Assembly (NCBI RefSeq): GCF_001194135.2 | Contig: NC_068985.1 | Span: 22,035,425 to 22,099,424, forward strand | Source of the DNA: Octopus bimaculoides | Lineage: Eukaryota | Direction: 5' to 3' | DNA: 64,000 nt | In this document: in pieces, positions 27,101 through 41,476 of the stretch | Position numbering within the stretch: the stretch's first letter is position 1 | Layout: each line of letters opens with the position of its first letter | Notes under the pieces: generated by a model | What the model saw: the letters and a program-made list of their open reading frames with translations, nothing else | Database searches by the model: none | What the model was told of the DNA's origin: nothing | Made by a program: the position numbers and the translations under genes

Positions 27101-28205
27101 GCTTGCACCAGTTAACCTGATTGTATAAAAGTACTCAAACCTAAAGGAATATTCTATGCAATTGACAAATCTTCAAAGGGAGCTACATCTCTTGTGCACA
27201 AAATCAGATAAATTTTGGAACAAAACATGTTCCATGAAAACCCTGTAGTGAATGGAAACATGATGGTTATGTAACATACATGAAAAATATGAAAAAGAAT
27301 TCTAGTAGAGATTGTTTTACATCAAAACTGTGCTTTCTCTTTCATTGATTACTTATATAAGGCTATTTTTTTTTCTTTGCACACCAGGTCTGGAAGTATC
27401 ACTGTAATAAATTGTGTCTAAACTTATCAGAAAACTGCAGGACCTAAGTTTATTCTAATTAGTTGGTAGCTCAGACTAACTCAGAGGAGACTATCATTCA
27501 TTTTAATCTTGTAACAGTCACTTTTCCTTTATTTTTATTTTTTTATTTTTTTTATTTGAGGAGGTAATCTTTGTAGATGATGTATAAACACTTTCAACTT
27601 TCAACAGAACCACTTAAAATTGCTTTTAGTCTTATTGACCTTAATCCTGCTATCAATGTGTTTTGCTGCATTGTCAATACAATCACATTTTTCATGTGGA
27701 AAGGTTTAAAAATCAGACAGGACATCATTATTCTTTAGCAGTCAAACTGACAAACTATTCTCTATCTAAAGCTGCTAATATATCTGTAACCTCTTAGCAA
27801 TAACAACATATTTCAGCTGACTTAATTAGCATCTTGTGTCTCATGAGATGTACATAATATATTGAAAAAGTGAAACCATTTGTAAGACTGGCAGAAAAAT
27901 CTCCTGAAATATTTAAAACTATCTGTTTCTCAATATGGGTGGGTGAGGGCAAGAACAAAGCTAAAACAAAATCTAGAAAGTTTTAGTTATTTTTATTCCT
28001 ATTGTTGAGTTAACTGTCTAAAAGAATTAAAATAGAATTAAACATTCTTTTTAATCTGAATGCTCATAATATAGGTCTTTTTGATGGTTACTTTTTTTCA
28101 GAAAGAGACAAGAGGAATAAGAGAGAGGGAGACAGAAAGAGAGAAGACAGATAGGAAAGAAGAGAGAAAGGAGGGAGATAAGGAGAGAGAAAGGAGGAGA
28201 GGAGA

Positions 28206-28315
<110 letters not shown>

Positions 28316-28458
28316 AGAAAATATCAACTATCAAATTAGAAAATTTCAGAATATTAATTTGAGTATAAGGCTTGTATTGTGAAAACTTATTGAAGAATAA
28401 GTATGTTTTCAATGTTGGCTTTTGAGAAAGAAATAATTCTTGAAGAATAGATACTTAC

Positions 28459-28596
28459 AAAGAAGACAAAAAAATGCTGCCAAGGGACAGAGTATGACAC
28501 CAAATATAAGTGCCGTTACAGGCTGAATGCAACCCTGCAGGACAATGTGCCACAGAATGGCTTCCATCAGAACAAGAATTTTGTTACCAGACAGCT
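28459..28596 (-). CDS. Internal exon of the same gene: (E)LSGNKILVLMEAILWHIVLQGCIQPVTALIFGVILCPLAAFFCLL(F)
   Basis: Acceptor tatattttcag and donor T|gtaagt. 138 nt = 2+45 codons+1. Lies within track ORF 28409..28612 and joins the next exon in frame (T|TC = Phe). Confidence 0.88.
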
Positions 28597-29699
28597 CTGA
28601 AAATATAACCATTTCAATAATTTATAATGGAAGTTTTATTGATGATTACAATACATTTTTCTGAAGCTGAAAAGAGATTAAGTCACAGATGACAGTTTAA
28701 TAAGGGAATGTCAAACAAAATAATCTACAAAAAAAGATGTTTTCTCCAAGTTGATGAATTCATTAAGAAGACATAAAATTTTAGAGATAATTATAAAACA
28801 ACAATGATACAATATAAGCTTAGAAACAAAAAAAAAAATGTTCTTATTTGACAATTAAAGACAATTTGCATTCTCTATCATTTTATAATAGATGCTTATT
28901 TTTATGACTGTATTTCATAGACAGGCATTCCTCTATTAACATAATTCTGTTCAACATTGTTTTGCTATAAATGTTAATGAGAAATAAATAAAATAAAGGC
29001 AAACATCTTAAAATAAAAATTTGAAATGTGTTTACACCTCACATACTGAATTTTCATTTAATTTTATTTTTCTATTCTTTCTTTTGTAACCTGTTACATT
29101 TTTCAATTCAGTAAAATAAAACTTAAATAAAAAAAAAATACTGAATAAAGATATGAATCATTAATCATTGAACTTCTTTTATTTCATGATCAACACTAAG
29201 ATACAATCTTTATATGTCTAGCAACTACTTCAAGGAGATGTTAACTTGTTTAAAGTACAATACTTAAAATATAAAGTCAAACATTGTAAAGAACAAAACT
29301 GTATGTTATAGATATCAATTAATATACTTCTAAAGCAGGGTCTGCTTCATCTTTATTAATCCACTTAAAATTCTAAATAACACTACTTTCTTCAATGTAC
29401 TAAGTGCAAAATGTTTTCCTTTCTAGTCTTCTACTAACAAGTTGTCTTTCTGCTGGGCTTTTAGACATGACATTAAATAAAAATTATAACAAACTAGGAT
29501 AAATAAACCAATGTAGAGAGGGGCAAGTGTGCAAATTAAAACAAAATGGCCAAATGGTAAACTACAATAAAGCCTGCCAAATTCAGAATTAACTAGTTTT
29601 TGTTACTGTTTGGAGCTGAACCGAGTGGTGGTAGGAGGTGCTCCTTACAATTTTCACTTTGTAAATTATTTACTTCTTAATTTATTGCAGTTGCAATGA

Positions 29700-30600
29700 C
29701 AGCTAACTGTGCACCAAGCACTGCTGCTGGCTATGATTTTCCTTGCCCACCCCCACAAAAGAGAGAGAGAGAGATTATAACATTAGAAACTAAATTAGAA
29801 GTGTTACTATTCAACAATGGACAGTGATCTGTAGATATTGGAAGAGCTCTCAGTTTGCAACTGACAATTTGCAGTAATATTAAATGAATTAAAGCTTGTA
29901 TTGAAAGTGTAAGACTTTTATCTATTACAAAATTAACTAGGAACACAAGCAATATAATGGAAATAATGGGCAGAGGACATGCCTCAACATAATTCTCCAT
30001 GTTTACTACTAGCCATACAAATCTCATCAAGTTTATTTGATGACCTAAAGAAAAAAAAAACAGAATTCTAGAACTGACACTAAAATGTTAGTGGCAAATT
30101 GTAGTTGCCTTCAGCATTTCAAGAATCATAATTAACAGGTGAACATGCAAATGCCAATGAAGTAACCACAGCTGCTTTTCCAGTTTTACTGAAAAGTATC
30201 ATTGACAACTGCATTGCTGATTTCCTGGGTTTAGAGGAGCATTTTCTGCCTCTTGATGCAAGATGTTCATCAGGAGTTTGTTGGGTTGGCACACAAGTTG
30301 CATTCAATGGAATAAATGTTGTAGCAGAGTTATTTGAATCAAAGAGTGAAAAAATACGAGGACCCTATGAAGATGGTACAATACCACTCTAAAGAAAATG
30401 AAGATGGAAAGGGTGAGGCTGCAAAACAAACAGGAATTTTAACCAGTAAAGATTTGCCCAAGGCTTTCCAGTTTTTAGATAAAGCTATTCGACCCCTTGT
30501 GGGTAATAAAGAAACCAGTTTTTAGATAAAGCTATGACCATTTCCACAAATAAAAATGAAAATAAGGTCCTCAAAGACAAAGAAGTTCAGAAGCAATCAG
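29700..30600 (+). mobile_element. Highly decayed, internally deleted Tigger/pogo-like transposon
   Basis: Remnant N-terminal HTH (IITLETKLEVL..NNGQ*SVDIGRALSL) near 29780-29850. Tigger-like C-terminus (ILTSKDLPKAFQFLDKAI) in ORF 30334..30525. Boundaries approximate. Confidence 0.55.
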
Positions 30601-30859
30601 GTTAATAATGAATGGATACAACTATCATTAGTTATGCAAACACAAGAAAAAAAAATGCACAATAAACCATGAACATATTTTAAGTAAAAAATTATTTAAT
30701 CGTTTTATTTTCATCCTTTTTCAAAGTATGTGTCGCACACATATTTGATTTTAGAAATATTTCATGTTTTTATTTAGTTATTTGATAAAGTCTTTTGTGA
30801 TTAGGAATATACTGTAAAATCATAACTCGTGTGTGCCTCTCTCTTTCTCTTTCTCTCTC

Positions 30860-30893
<34 letters not shown>

Positions 30894-32337
30894 GTAGGAA
30901 GGTAGGTAGGTAGGTAGGTCTGTATTATTGAGCCTATCGTTAAAATGGTATTTTGCTTTGCATCATTTCACTTAAAGTCACATTTCACAAGAACCTATCA
31001 ACAATGTTAAGTGAGGAGTGACAATATGTGTCATCTTTGTGTGTGTATTCATTAATTTCCATTTCTATCTCTATTCTTATCTGCTCTGATACTAGTTATT
31101 GATGCATGAAGACAGCACAATATCAGTGGTGGCAAATAAACTCATCATTATTACCGGTGAGACTTATGAAGGAATCTCTACATGGTTGCTCAACCTGCTA
31201 GAAACAGCACTCAAATCTCACTTGTATCACAGAATCATCATCAAAACGATAAGGACACACTGGATAATATAATCCCGGATATTCTATGACTGGAAAATAT
31301 GTGATGTTCACATCTGGAATGCCTTTAGTTATAAGTCTGCTGGATTAGGGCTCACCTATATCTAAAAAAAACAACAGTAACCCTTCATGATTGTGATGGA
31401 ACATAACTATCAATGAACATTTATAATGTATAAATTATAATAAGTGAACCAGATTGTATAGTTTAAGCTTTAAAATATGCTAGCCTATTGCATGACAAAC
31501 TCATTGTATTTCATCACCAACTCACTTTGTCATATCTCATACATCAGATTAGGATCAGCTACAAACTGGAATTCAAAATACCTTCTTTCAGTTTTACATA
31601 TTAATGTAATCATTATGTCGAATATTTTAACTGAGGGTCTTAATTTCCAGCGTTTTAACTGAAGAAAGAATGTAAAATAGAACTATTATTTAAAGAAGCC
31701 ATAAGGATTTTATAGTACTCCTTACAAGATTTCAGGAACATTAAAGATTTAGCTCTTGCTACTGAAATACAATACATATTCAAGCTTAAATTTAATCTCC
31801 AAACATCATTTAATAGTCTCAACTAAATGAAAAATTAGATTTTCAGTTTAATTACTTTCATCTCTAGTCTATTTCTGCTAGATGAACTAGAGAGATTTGA
31901 CTCAGCATTTCCTCTATAAGTCTAAAAATTAATTTTGAAAATGTAATTTTTTAATCTGTTGAGAGCATTAGGTGATGCTTGAAGATTAAAATAAGAGATT
32001 AAGCTTCAATATATATTACATTTTAGCAACAAGAGATGCATCATTATGATGTTTCTGAAATCTTGTATTTTTATCATAAGAAGTATTATGAAATCTCTGT
32101 AGTTTCTTTGTACAGTGACTCTAGTTTTTATTCTTTCTTTAGTTCATTATCTCAGTTAAAACACAATAACGTTTACTGAATATAATGATTACATTCAATT
32201 CTAGTAACTATCAGATTGTTTGTAGCAGCTGTGATAAAAATTTTATACTTTAACAAATTATGGATGAGGTCATTCTATGTTGCGAATGATGAGTTACTGC
32301 TTTCATAGACTTTAAAGATATATTTGATAGTGCAGAC

Positions 32338-32476
32338 CAGTGGTCCTCAACTGGGGTTCATAATGACCCTTGGATGTCCATATAATATTTTGTTGTTAAA
32401 GTTTATGAGCAATAGATTGGTTAAACATCTACAATACATAAAATATTTTAAGAATATTTTTATACAACTTCCAATA
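32338..32476. mobile_element. Left part of a third hAT MITE copy, split by the mariner
   Basis: Starts cagtggtcctcaac, and the interior matches the 54496 copy. MITE-like sequence resumes after 33771 (aatatttataaaaatac). Confidence 0.75.
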
Positions 32477-33769
32477 TGAGGTGGCATCAAAACTAGTTCT
32501 GAAGTGTGCCAACAGATGACAGCACATGGTTGCATGCACAGTGAGAGCTAGAAGTGACCTTCAGGAGGCAGTATGCTGAGTAACATCACCGTGTTTACTT
32601 AGCAAGTTGTGAAATTTGTTTCTGTGATCACATGTATGCTGTAATCTGCAATTTTGTCATGGACAGGAAGTTGGAACAAAGAGCCAACATGAAATTTCGC
32701 ACTGAACTTGGGAAGTCTGCTACAGGGACATTGAGCATGCTTCAGCAAGCTTACAGCAATGAGGCAATGGGTCATACACAATGTTTCAAGTGGTATGGGT
32801 GCTTCAAAAGCAGAAGAATGTTCTTGGAAGACCTGTCATAAGCGTCACCTCCAGAAATGTAGAGAAAATTTATCAGCTTGTGCTTGAGGATCACTGGAGG
32901 ACAATCAACAACATTTCTGATGTTGTTAGTTTATTGCATGGGTCTGTGCAGGCAATCCTAACATCTGAATTGAACATGTGGTATATCTCTGCCAAGCTTG
33001 TACCCTGTCTGCTGACCACTGATCAGAAAGAACATCACATCGAAGTCTGTCAAGATCTCCATCAGCGTGCCACTGATGACCCATCCAGCATGTCAAGGAT
33101 GATCACTGGTGACAAGAATTGGGTCTGTGGGTATGACCCTGAAATGAAGAAGTAGTTTTCACAATGGAAGAGCCCTTCATCTTCATGACTGAAGAAGGCA
33201 CAATAGAGTCACAGCTCAATCAAGAGCATGCTCATCACTTATTTTTTGACATCCATAATATGGTGCATTGAGAATTCATCCCCTAGAGCCAGACTGTCAA
33301 TCAAGAGTTCTACTGTAACGTTTTGAAGTGGTTGAGAGAGAACATTTGGTGAAAGCAACCGGATCTATGGAGCATGAAGAATTGGATTCTTCATACTGAC
33401 AGTGCACCTTGTCACTGAGCTCTACTCACTCATGAGTTTCTTGCCAAAAACAAAATGGTATCACTTCTGCACCCACCCTATTTGCTAGATTTAGCACCTG
33501 CAGACTTCAACCTCTTCCCCAAGATGAAAAGGTGGCTCAAAGGTCGCAGTTTTAACACCATTGTTGAGATCCAGAGCAAATCACAGAAGGTCTTTGACTC
33601 ACTTACAGAAAATTACTTCCAGGTTGAATTCCAAAAGTGGCAGGAACACAGGGACTGGTGTATTTGCTGCACACGGTAACTATTTTGAAGGAGATGATGT
33701 TAAAACCTAGATAAATAAGTTAGTTTTTATTAAACATAACTAGTTTGGGAACTTTTTAATACCAACTCA
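32477..33769 (+). mobile_element. Full-length but decayed mariner (Tc1/mariner, DD34D) transposon
   Basis: 1293 bp with TA on both sides and imperfect TIRs (tgaggtggcatcaaaactagttc / ggaactttttaataccaactca). Transposase remnants: MDRKLEQRANMKF, ITGDKNWVCGYDPE, HTDSAPCH, PYLLDLAPADFNLFPKMK. 34 residues lie between the 2nd and 3rd Asp. Several stops and a deletion. Confidence 0.95.
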
Positions 33770-35820
33770 TAATATTTATAAAAATACGATTTTTTAAAGC
33801 GTGTTTCTATGACACAAAATTCTTGTTTTAAAAGTGATCTAAATTAAATTCTACCTTCAAAATTCCATGTTGTGTTCTAAACACCAGCTAAATGATAACA
33901 AAATTATTTTACTAAATTCTTCATTATTTTGTTTCATAACTGAAACAAAAGCAGTATATTTCTACAGAAATCAGATGTCTTCTCTGTCACCAACCTTTAC
34001 TTGTTTCTAAGCAAAATAATATTTTCCCCATAACTAATGTTTTTCATGGAAGACTAGCAATGAACAAAGCTTGTATCACAGTAATGCATGTTTACAACCA
34101 TCACCTGATTTCAAGTATGATTTCATTAAATGATATGTTTGAAGACAATAGAACATTTCATTTACACACCAAAATCTACTTTTATCTACCATCTATATTT
34201 CCTGTGTTGTTGTATGCTACTGGACCATAAATATTACCCTAGAACGATTTGGATATGTTGAAAGTCTTTCAAATAGGATACACTTGCCAAACACTTGGAG
34301 CATCACAGATTAACCATTTGCAGAATTATCAAATTCAACAAAGTTGCATTTGCCAGCCAACTATTTCTGAATTAATTCAGAAATAGTGGTTGTGCTGGTT
34401 TAGTCATGTGAACTGAATGGATCATTTTCTGGACAATGGACACCTATGGAGATGGAGATAGATCAAGGAAAGCATCCTAAGAGCATTCTGTTTAAAGAAT
34501 TAATGATAACAATCAGATAGTACAGCTTTCAATTCAGTATCTCACACAGAGAGCGTGAGTGGAGAGAGAAAAGCTCAATTCTTCAATATAACTAAGATAA
34601 CATCACAAAGGTGGGGTTTCTTCTTCAGTCTTAAGCATCTATTAACATAAACACTGTTAAATACCTTGGCTACTCGCTAGATGCAAACATACACATACAT
34701 ACTTGATGAGCTTCCTTACCAAATATCATTTGTTGATAAAAATAACAGCTTAATAATGACAAAATTAGTTGGGCATCCTATGGACCAAAGAGCATTTAAA
34801 GGTAAATATACATTGAAGTTAAGCATCTGAGAGACACATCTCACCTCAGATAAGACACTCGTCTGTAGCACCCAAGTATACAACAAAAGCTTGCAGTGGA
34901 TTAGATATTGATACCTCTGAGCTGATAATGTGATGCTATATATATCCTCTTGGTCATTTTACTTCTGTTTGATTGGTAGGTCAGCCTCTACTCACAGATG
35001 CACTACAAATTCTTGCCCATCAATGGGCTCTGGCCTCTTCCTGTTTCTTTTTTATAATTACATAGCCTCACCTAAACACCCATCTGATACCATTCCATTC
35101 TATTTTTCTCTTTTTACATTTGCTGCATCTTATTACTCAACATTTGGGTAGGCTTTTTACACACACACACACACACACTCAGACACATGCATGTACAGAC
35201 ACAACTTGCCATGCATGCACAGACACGCATGCGTGCATGTATGACAACACATGCGCATACATACACACAGGTTAAGCTAATGTATTTAATTGAAAAACAC
35301 ATAGAATAATGTTTGAAGACTTTCAAATTTTTCAGAATAATAATTTATACATGCAATTAAACTGAATACATTTATGGAAATTAATTTGAATTCTCTGAGA
35401 AAAGAATCATAGGAAAGTGATTTTAATGGCAAGAGAGAAGAGTACTTTTTTTTATTAAATTGTAAATGTTTTCCTTTGATCATTTAATAGAAAAGATTCT
35501 CTTATTTACTTGACTGAAAATATTTCAAGTTTTTATTCTTTCATACAATATGTATATATATTTTTTTTTAATGTCTTAAATTATTCTGAATCTCTTTACA
35601 GAGTGATATTGATTTTGTAAGCAAGATATCTATTTTTAAATTTCAATATGTAAATTCTCATATAAACATTACTTTCATTTGTTAATACTTGTCAGAATTA
35701 TACCAAGATTCTTATCAAGTAAGAATTATTAAAATATATCTAAGATTTTCAGAGCAGACCTTCCTATCAAACTAAAACAGGATAAACTGCTTTCTTCTAT
35801 AATCACATTCACACACACAG

Positions 35821-35851
<31 letters not shown>

Positions 35852-35948
35852 ATCATCGTTATCATATTATCATAATCATTTTAATGTCCACTTTCCCATG
35901 CTTGCATGGGCCATATGAATGTGTGTGTGTGTGTGTGTGTGTGTGTGT

Positions 35949-36265
35949 NNNNNNNNNNNNNNNNNNNNNNNNNNNNNNNNNNNNNNNNNNNNNNNNNNNN
36001 NNNNNNNNNNNNNNNNNNNNNNNNNNNNNNNNNNNNNNNNNNNNNNNNNNNNNNNNNNNNNNNNNNNNNNNNNNNNNNNNNNNNNNNNNNNNNNNNNNNN
36101 NNNNNNNNNNNNNNNNNNNNNNNNNNNNNNNNNNNNNNNNNNNNNNNNNNNNNNNNNNNNNNNNNNNNNNNNNNNNNNNNNNNNNNNNNNNNNNNNNNNN
36201 NNNNNNNNNNNNNNNNNNNNNNNNNNNNNNNNNNNNNNNNNNNNNNNNNNNNNNNNNNNNNNNNN
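35949..36265. other. Assembly gap (N run)
   Basis: 317 N after a (GT)n tract. Confidence 1.
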
Positions 36266-37034
36266 CTGAGCCCATGAGCCTGGTTAGGCTTTAAAAGGGC
36301 GCATAAAAAAATAAAATATATATATATGTACACATACACAAACATATACACATGCACAAACATATATATATCCTCACTATCTAGATGCTTGATGAGTTAG
36401 GTTCATTCTATAAGTCTACAAAATCGCAACATTCATGATGACGAGATCTTATAACACTCAAACATCTGAAGTGGTCACACTAATACAAAAGACCAGACTC
36501 ACCTCGCACTACGTACTATAATAAATAAATACGCATTAACCGAAATTTCAGAGTTGTCTTTCCTGTCATTTTTGTCAAGAATTAGTCACTATGATAATGA
36601 CTGTTCTTATCGCTAAGAGTACAATTTTATTCAACTCTTTTGTAACAGGACACAAACACATATGACATGACATATTTTAAGTAAAGATTTGAGATAGAAA
36701 AAGAGGAAGAAGGACTAATGATAAATACTCTGGTCAGTTTAATTAACTACATCCTTCCCAAAAAGTTGTGGGTTTTGCAAATATTAGAGATCATTATCAA
36801 TACAAACGAGAAAGTAAGAGCTATTATTGAATTTGAATAACTCCACCACCAATCGAGTTACATCTGGCAAGTGAATGTGATGTAAGATTATAGTAAAGTG
36901 GAATCTACCTTATTTTGGAAATATACTCAAAAGCAAACATTTAATTCCAATACCAGAAGACCTAAGATCACAGCATTGGGGAGGATTTTGAGACCTGATG
37001 ATATAAGTGTAAATACAAGAGTGAGACATTCCAC

Positions 37035-37086
<52 letters not shown>

Positions 37087-37277
37087 ATGTATGTATGTAT
37101 GTATGTATGTATGTATCAGGCTTCTTTCAGTTTCTATCTATCAAATACACTAATTGTATTTTAAATACCTTAAACAGAAAAATTAATGCATATTTTCAAA
37201 ATATTATGTGTAGACAGAAAACCAAAGACTTTTGTGCTTTAAATTTAACCAGATAGATAAAAACATAATCAAATTTT

Positions 37278-37312
<35 letters not shown>

Positions 37313-38461
37313 ATGATATATATATATATACATAATGGCATGTTTGGGAAAATTTAATTTTGAATAATACTTTCACATTCTTATTTATGATATAAAGAAA
37401 TATAGGAACACACACATACACACACATACACACACATGCACAAATATAAACACATTAAAAAATGTAGAATCGTCTTAGGTGGATCTGGGGAGCAATTCCA
37501 TTTACATAAATTTCTACTTATGGTATAGCACAAATCTGTAATACAAACAAAATTTCTTTATGATGCAAAAAAATGAAAGACCCATTTAAGTAAAACTACT
37601 AATAGAAAATTCAATCAGGTAAAAAAAAAAAAAGGAACCAAGTTTCAATGACCCCCTAAAAATTCAATATTTTAAAATATTTATGGAGCAAGTAGATTCA
37701 AATGTAGCATTCAAAAGATGCGATCAAACACTTTTCCTAATTACTATAATTAAACACAATAAGTCAGTATGAAACCAAGACACATACACCTTGTGTTAAA
37801 AGCACTGTTACAGCAAGTAACTATGAACAGAGGAAAGTTTCAGCTTTAAGAAAAATCACGCAAATTTACCATAAAAGTACAATAAAAGTAAATCATTATT
37901 AGGCGAATGCTCAGAGAAACATCCCTTTGTTAGATACAGCTTAATGATAGATGGAGCTTCAAGTGAGATTTATGCTTTTGAAATCTTTTACATTTTCCAT
38001 GCTAGAATAGATGTATTTTTTATCTTTTACTTGTTTCAGTCATTAGAATGAGGCCATACTGGGGCACCATCTCGAAGAATTCTATTGGTCTCTTTTGCTA
38101 AACCGCTAAGTCACATGGATGTAAACCCACACACATACACATCTATCTATCTATCTATATAGCTACCTATCTATCTATCTATCAAAATCAAAAAATAAGC
38201 AACACGGATTTCAAAGGTGATTGCAGTACGCACGTTTCATGCTACTCCAATTTATTTAAGTAATGCGAGCATTACATTAAATGCAATATAAAGAGCAATC
38301 TTCAGCTGCACGAAAAAGCAGAAAATTACTGTAGAAAAGACATATTATAAATGTGGCAACATTTCAAATCCAAGTGGGAGAGAGAATACATAAAAATCCA
38401 AATGTGAAGAAGAATACATAAGACCATCTTGACATAGCCGAGTCTATCTATCTATCTATCC

Positions 38462-38544
<83 letters not shown>

Positions 38545-39533
38545 ATGGGCTTCTTTCAGTTTCCATCTATCAAATCCACTCACAAGGCTTTGGTCAACCC
38601 AAGGCTATAGTAGAAGGCACTTGCCCAAGGTGCCAACAGTTAGACCGAACCTGGAATCATGTGGTTGGGAAGTAAGCTTCTTACCACACAGTTATAACTT
38701 TTTTTTTTTATTAAAATGGAGCCTATGAATAACAATTGACTGACCTTTCTGATATCTACCATTCAACTAACTGCAAAGGTGGTAATTATTTATGTTTAGC
38801 CAGTTAGATTGAAATGAGAAATATCTTGCTTAAAGGTATACCAGCATGATGACTAGAAAATTTGCAATGATAACCATTAATCCAACACTACAATTTAATC
38901 TGCCGCAATTATGCTCCCCAGTAAAAGAAAATATGAAAAAAACTATTGAAATTGATGCCATTAGAGATAAAAATTTTAGTTCTAAGAATATCTTAGGCTA
39001 AAGAGCTGCAAGCTTTTTTTTTTTTTTTTGATAGTGCATTATACATAAGTTTTTGTGTCCCCAAACAAAGTATTTATTTCATATTAATTTCAAGCATATG
39101 ATAAAGTTAAGGCTCCTAGAAAGTTGATTTCATGAGAACACCAATAAAGTAACAATCTATAATAATCTAAAAGAGAAAACAAAATATAAACTGTCCACAA
39201 GACTTCACCTTCCAAGGCAGTATTCCAACAAGTTGTTTTGAGGCTACAGCTTGATATAATAAAATCTAAAAATTGAGATACTAAAACTTTAACCATTGAA
39301 CCATCATACAGACTTGAGATATTTTCTATAATTTACAGTACTGTCTTATGTAAAAAGAATATCATAATCTATTTATTATATTAGTTTTGTTTTGAGCTGT
39401 TTATACAGTTCTAAAATTACAATCATTGAAATTTACTGTTAAATTTAATTACTACAAAATAATAAATAATCATTATGTTTATGCATTTGTTTTCCAAAAT
39501 TCTTGATGTGAAATCATGTGTTGAAACAGATAT

Positions 39534-39780
39534 TGTTATACTTGGGGATGGTCATATTTTGCCAATTAAACACATGCATTATATGTTAGGTCTTTACTTC
39601 AGTTTTATTATTATCATATTTGTTTCTTTGTCACAGTTTTTATAACACATTCTGTGACCTCTTCAATGACTCTTTATAAAGAGTCACTGAAGAGGTCACA
39701 GGATAATAAAGTTGAAGTAAAGACTAAACATATAGTGTGTGTATTTAAATGGCAAAACATGACCATCCCTAAATATAACA
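39534..39780. repeat. Head-to-head inverted duplication with a central 50-bp hairpin
   Basis: Outer arms ~39534-39612 and ~39702-39780. The inner 25/25-bp palindrome at 39652-39701 has one mismatch. Confidence 0.9.
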
Positions 39781-40012
39781 ATAATAATAATCATCATTTC
39801 TTCTATAGGAACAAGAACTGAAATTTTGTGAGATGCAGGCTAGTGTTGATTACATTGACCCCAGTGCTTGATTGGTATTTAATTTATCAATCACAAAAGG
39901 ATGAATGACAAAATTGACTTTGATGGAATTTGAACTCAGAACATATGGGGCCAGTAAAAAACATTGCTAAGCATTTTCTTTGACAAGTTAACAATTCTGT
40001 CAGCTTACTGCC

Positions 40013-40168
<156 letters not shown>

Positions 40169-41442
40169 GATTTCTTATACTGATCACTAGGGCCTTTGAA
40201 GCAAGGGACATTACACAAAATACATAGAACAGTGGGGGATTTACATGACAGAGCAAAATTCTCAATAACAATAATAAAAATAAATTACAATAAATAACAA
40301 TAAAGAACAACAAAACAACAAGAAAATATCTCAGTAATGGGAACAACCACATAGAAGATTTGGGACACCTCACACAAAACACCAGATTTCCCTGACGCAC
40401 TAAGGACAGGCAGTTTCTCTTAGTTCTTGCCATCAGCTTATAGCAGCATAGCTAGAGTATCCCATTTAACCATATCTATTTCGCCACTCTCATCCACCTT
40501 TCATTCATAAAGCTTACTGGGCATGGGACTGCATTAATAATGAGTTATGAAGCAGAAAGAAAAAATATATATATGTATAGAAAAAAGTTTTTAAAAAGCC
40601 AGCATTGTCAGTTACTCATAAAAGAAACAGCACTTAAAGAGAAATGGTTTGAATAGGAAATCTCACAAACATGTCTATATTGGTGATGGAATAGCATTCT
40701 AAATAGAATTTATTAATATTGGGGAAAGTTGTAAACTGTAAGCTAATCTAATGTAATTTGAGCTGAATGGTATAATTTAATTAATTTTAGCAAATAACTT
40801 CACTAGGCATCAACCCATACAAAACCAAATCAAGAGAACTCATTCATAGAAGCTTACAATTTAATAAACTGAACAATTGGCAATTTAGAACTATTGACAG
40901 TCAATGTAAGAATACAATGTGAAAATTACATAGAAGTCATTGTCATTCTCTTTCTGTGTGTTGAAAATGCTTAACTACATAATATGAGAGGGAGAAAAAG
41001 CAGGGAAGGACGTATGAAAAAGTGAGAGTCTAATTATGATATCTTTCTTTTCATACATTTAACTTGTCATCTTTCTTCAATAACAAAAAAAGAAAATATT
41101 AAATTAAAATATGAGTAAAATAAATTTAGACAGCAAGCTAATGCAATATGGCAAATACCATAATTCTAGTTTATTAAAAACAATGAACCCTGCCAATATC
41201 AGGTATCTGGATAAGTTATTATACTTGCCAGAACAATATGGCTTAATCTTTTTGCTATTTTTAATCAGAAAGCCAATGCACCCTGGGGTTTCTGTTCCAA
41301 GTTACTTAAGCCAAACATATCAACCCTCTTCACCGAATGTCAAACAAAAAGAAAAAAGAAAAAGAAAGAAAAGGGGATTATGCTTTGTCAGTGATTTACT
41401 TTGATTCAGTTATTTCATGCCCCTTTGTTTTGTTTTGTGTGT

Positions 41443-41476
<34 letters not shown>

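Noticed and set aside
35862-36363. Track ORFs of 116-160 aa
   Set aside because: They run through the N gap and microsatellites.
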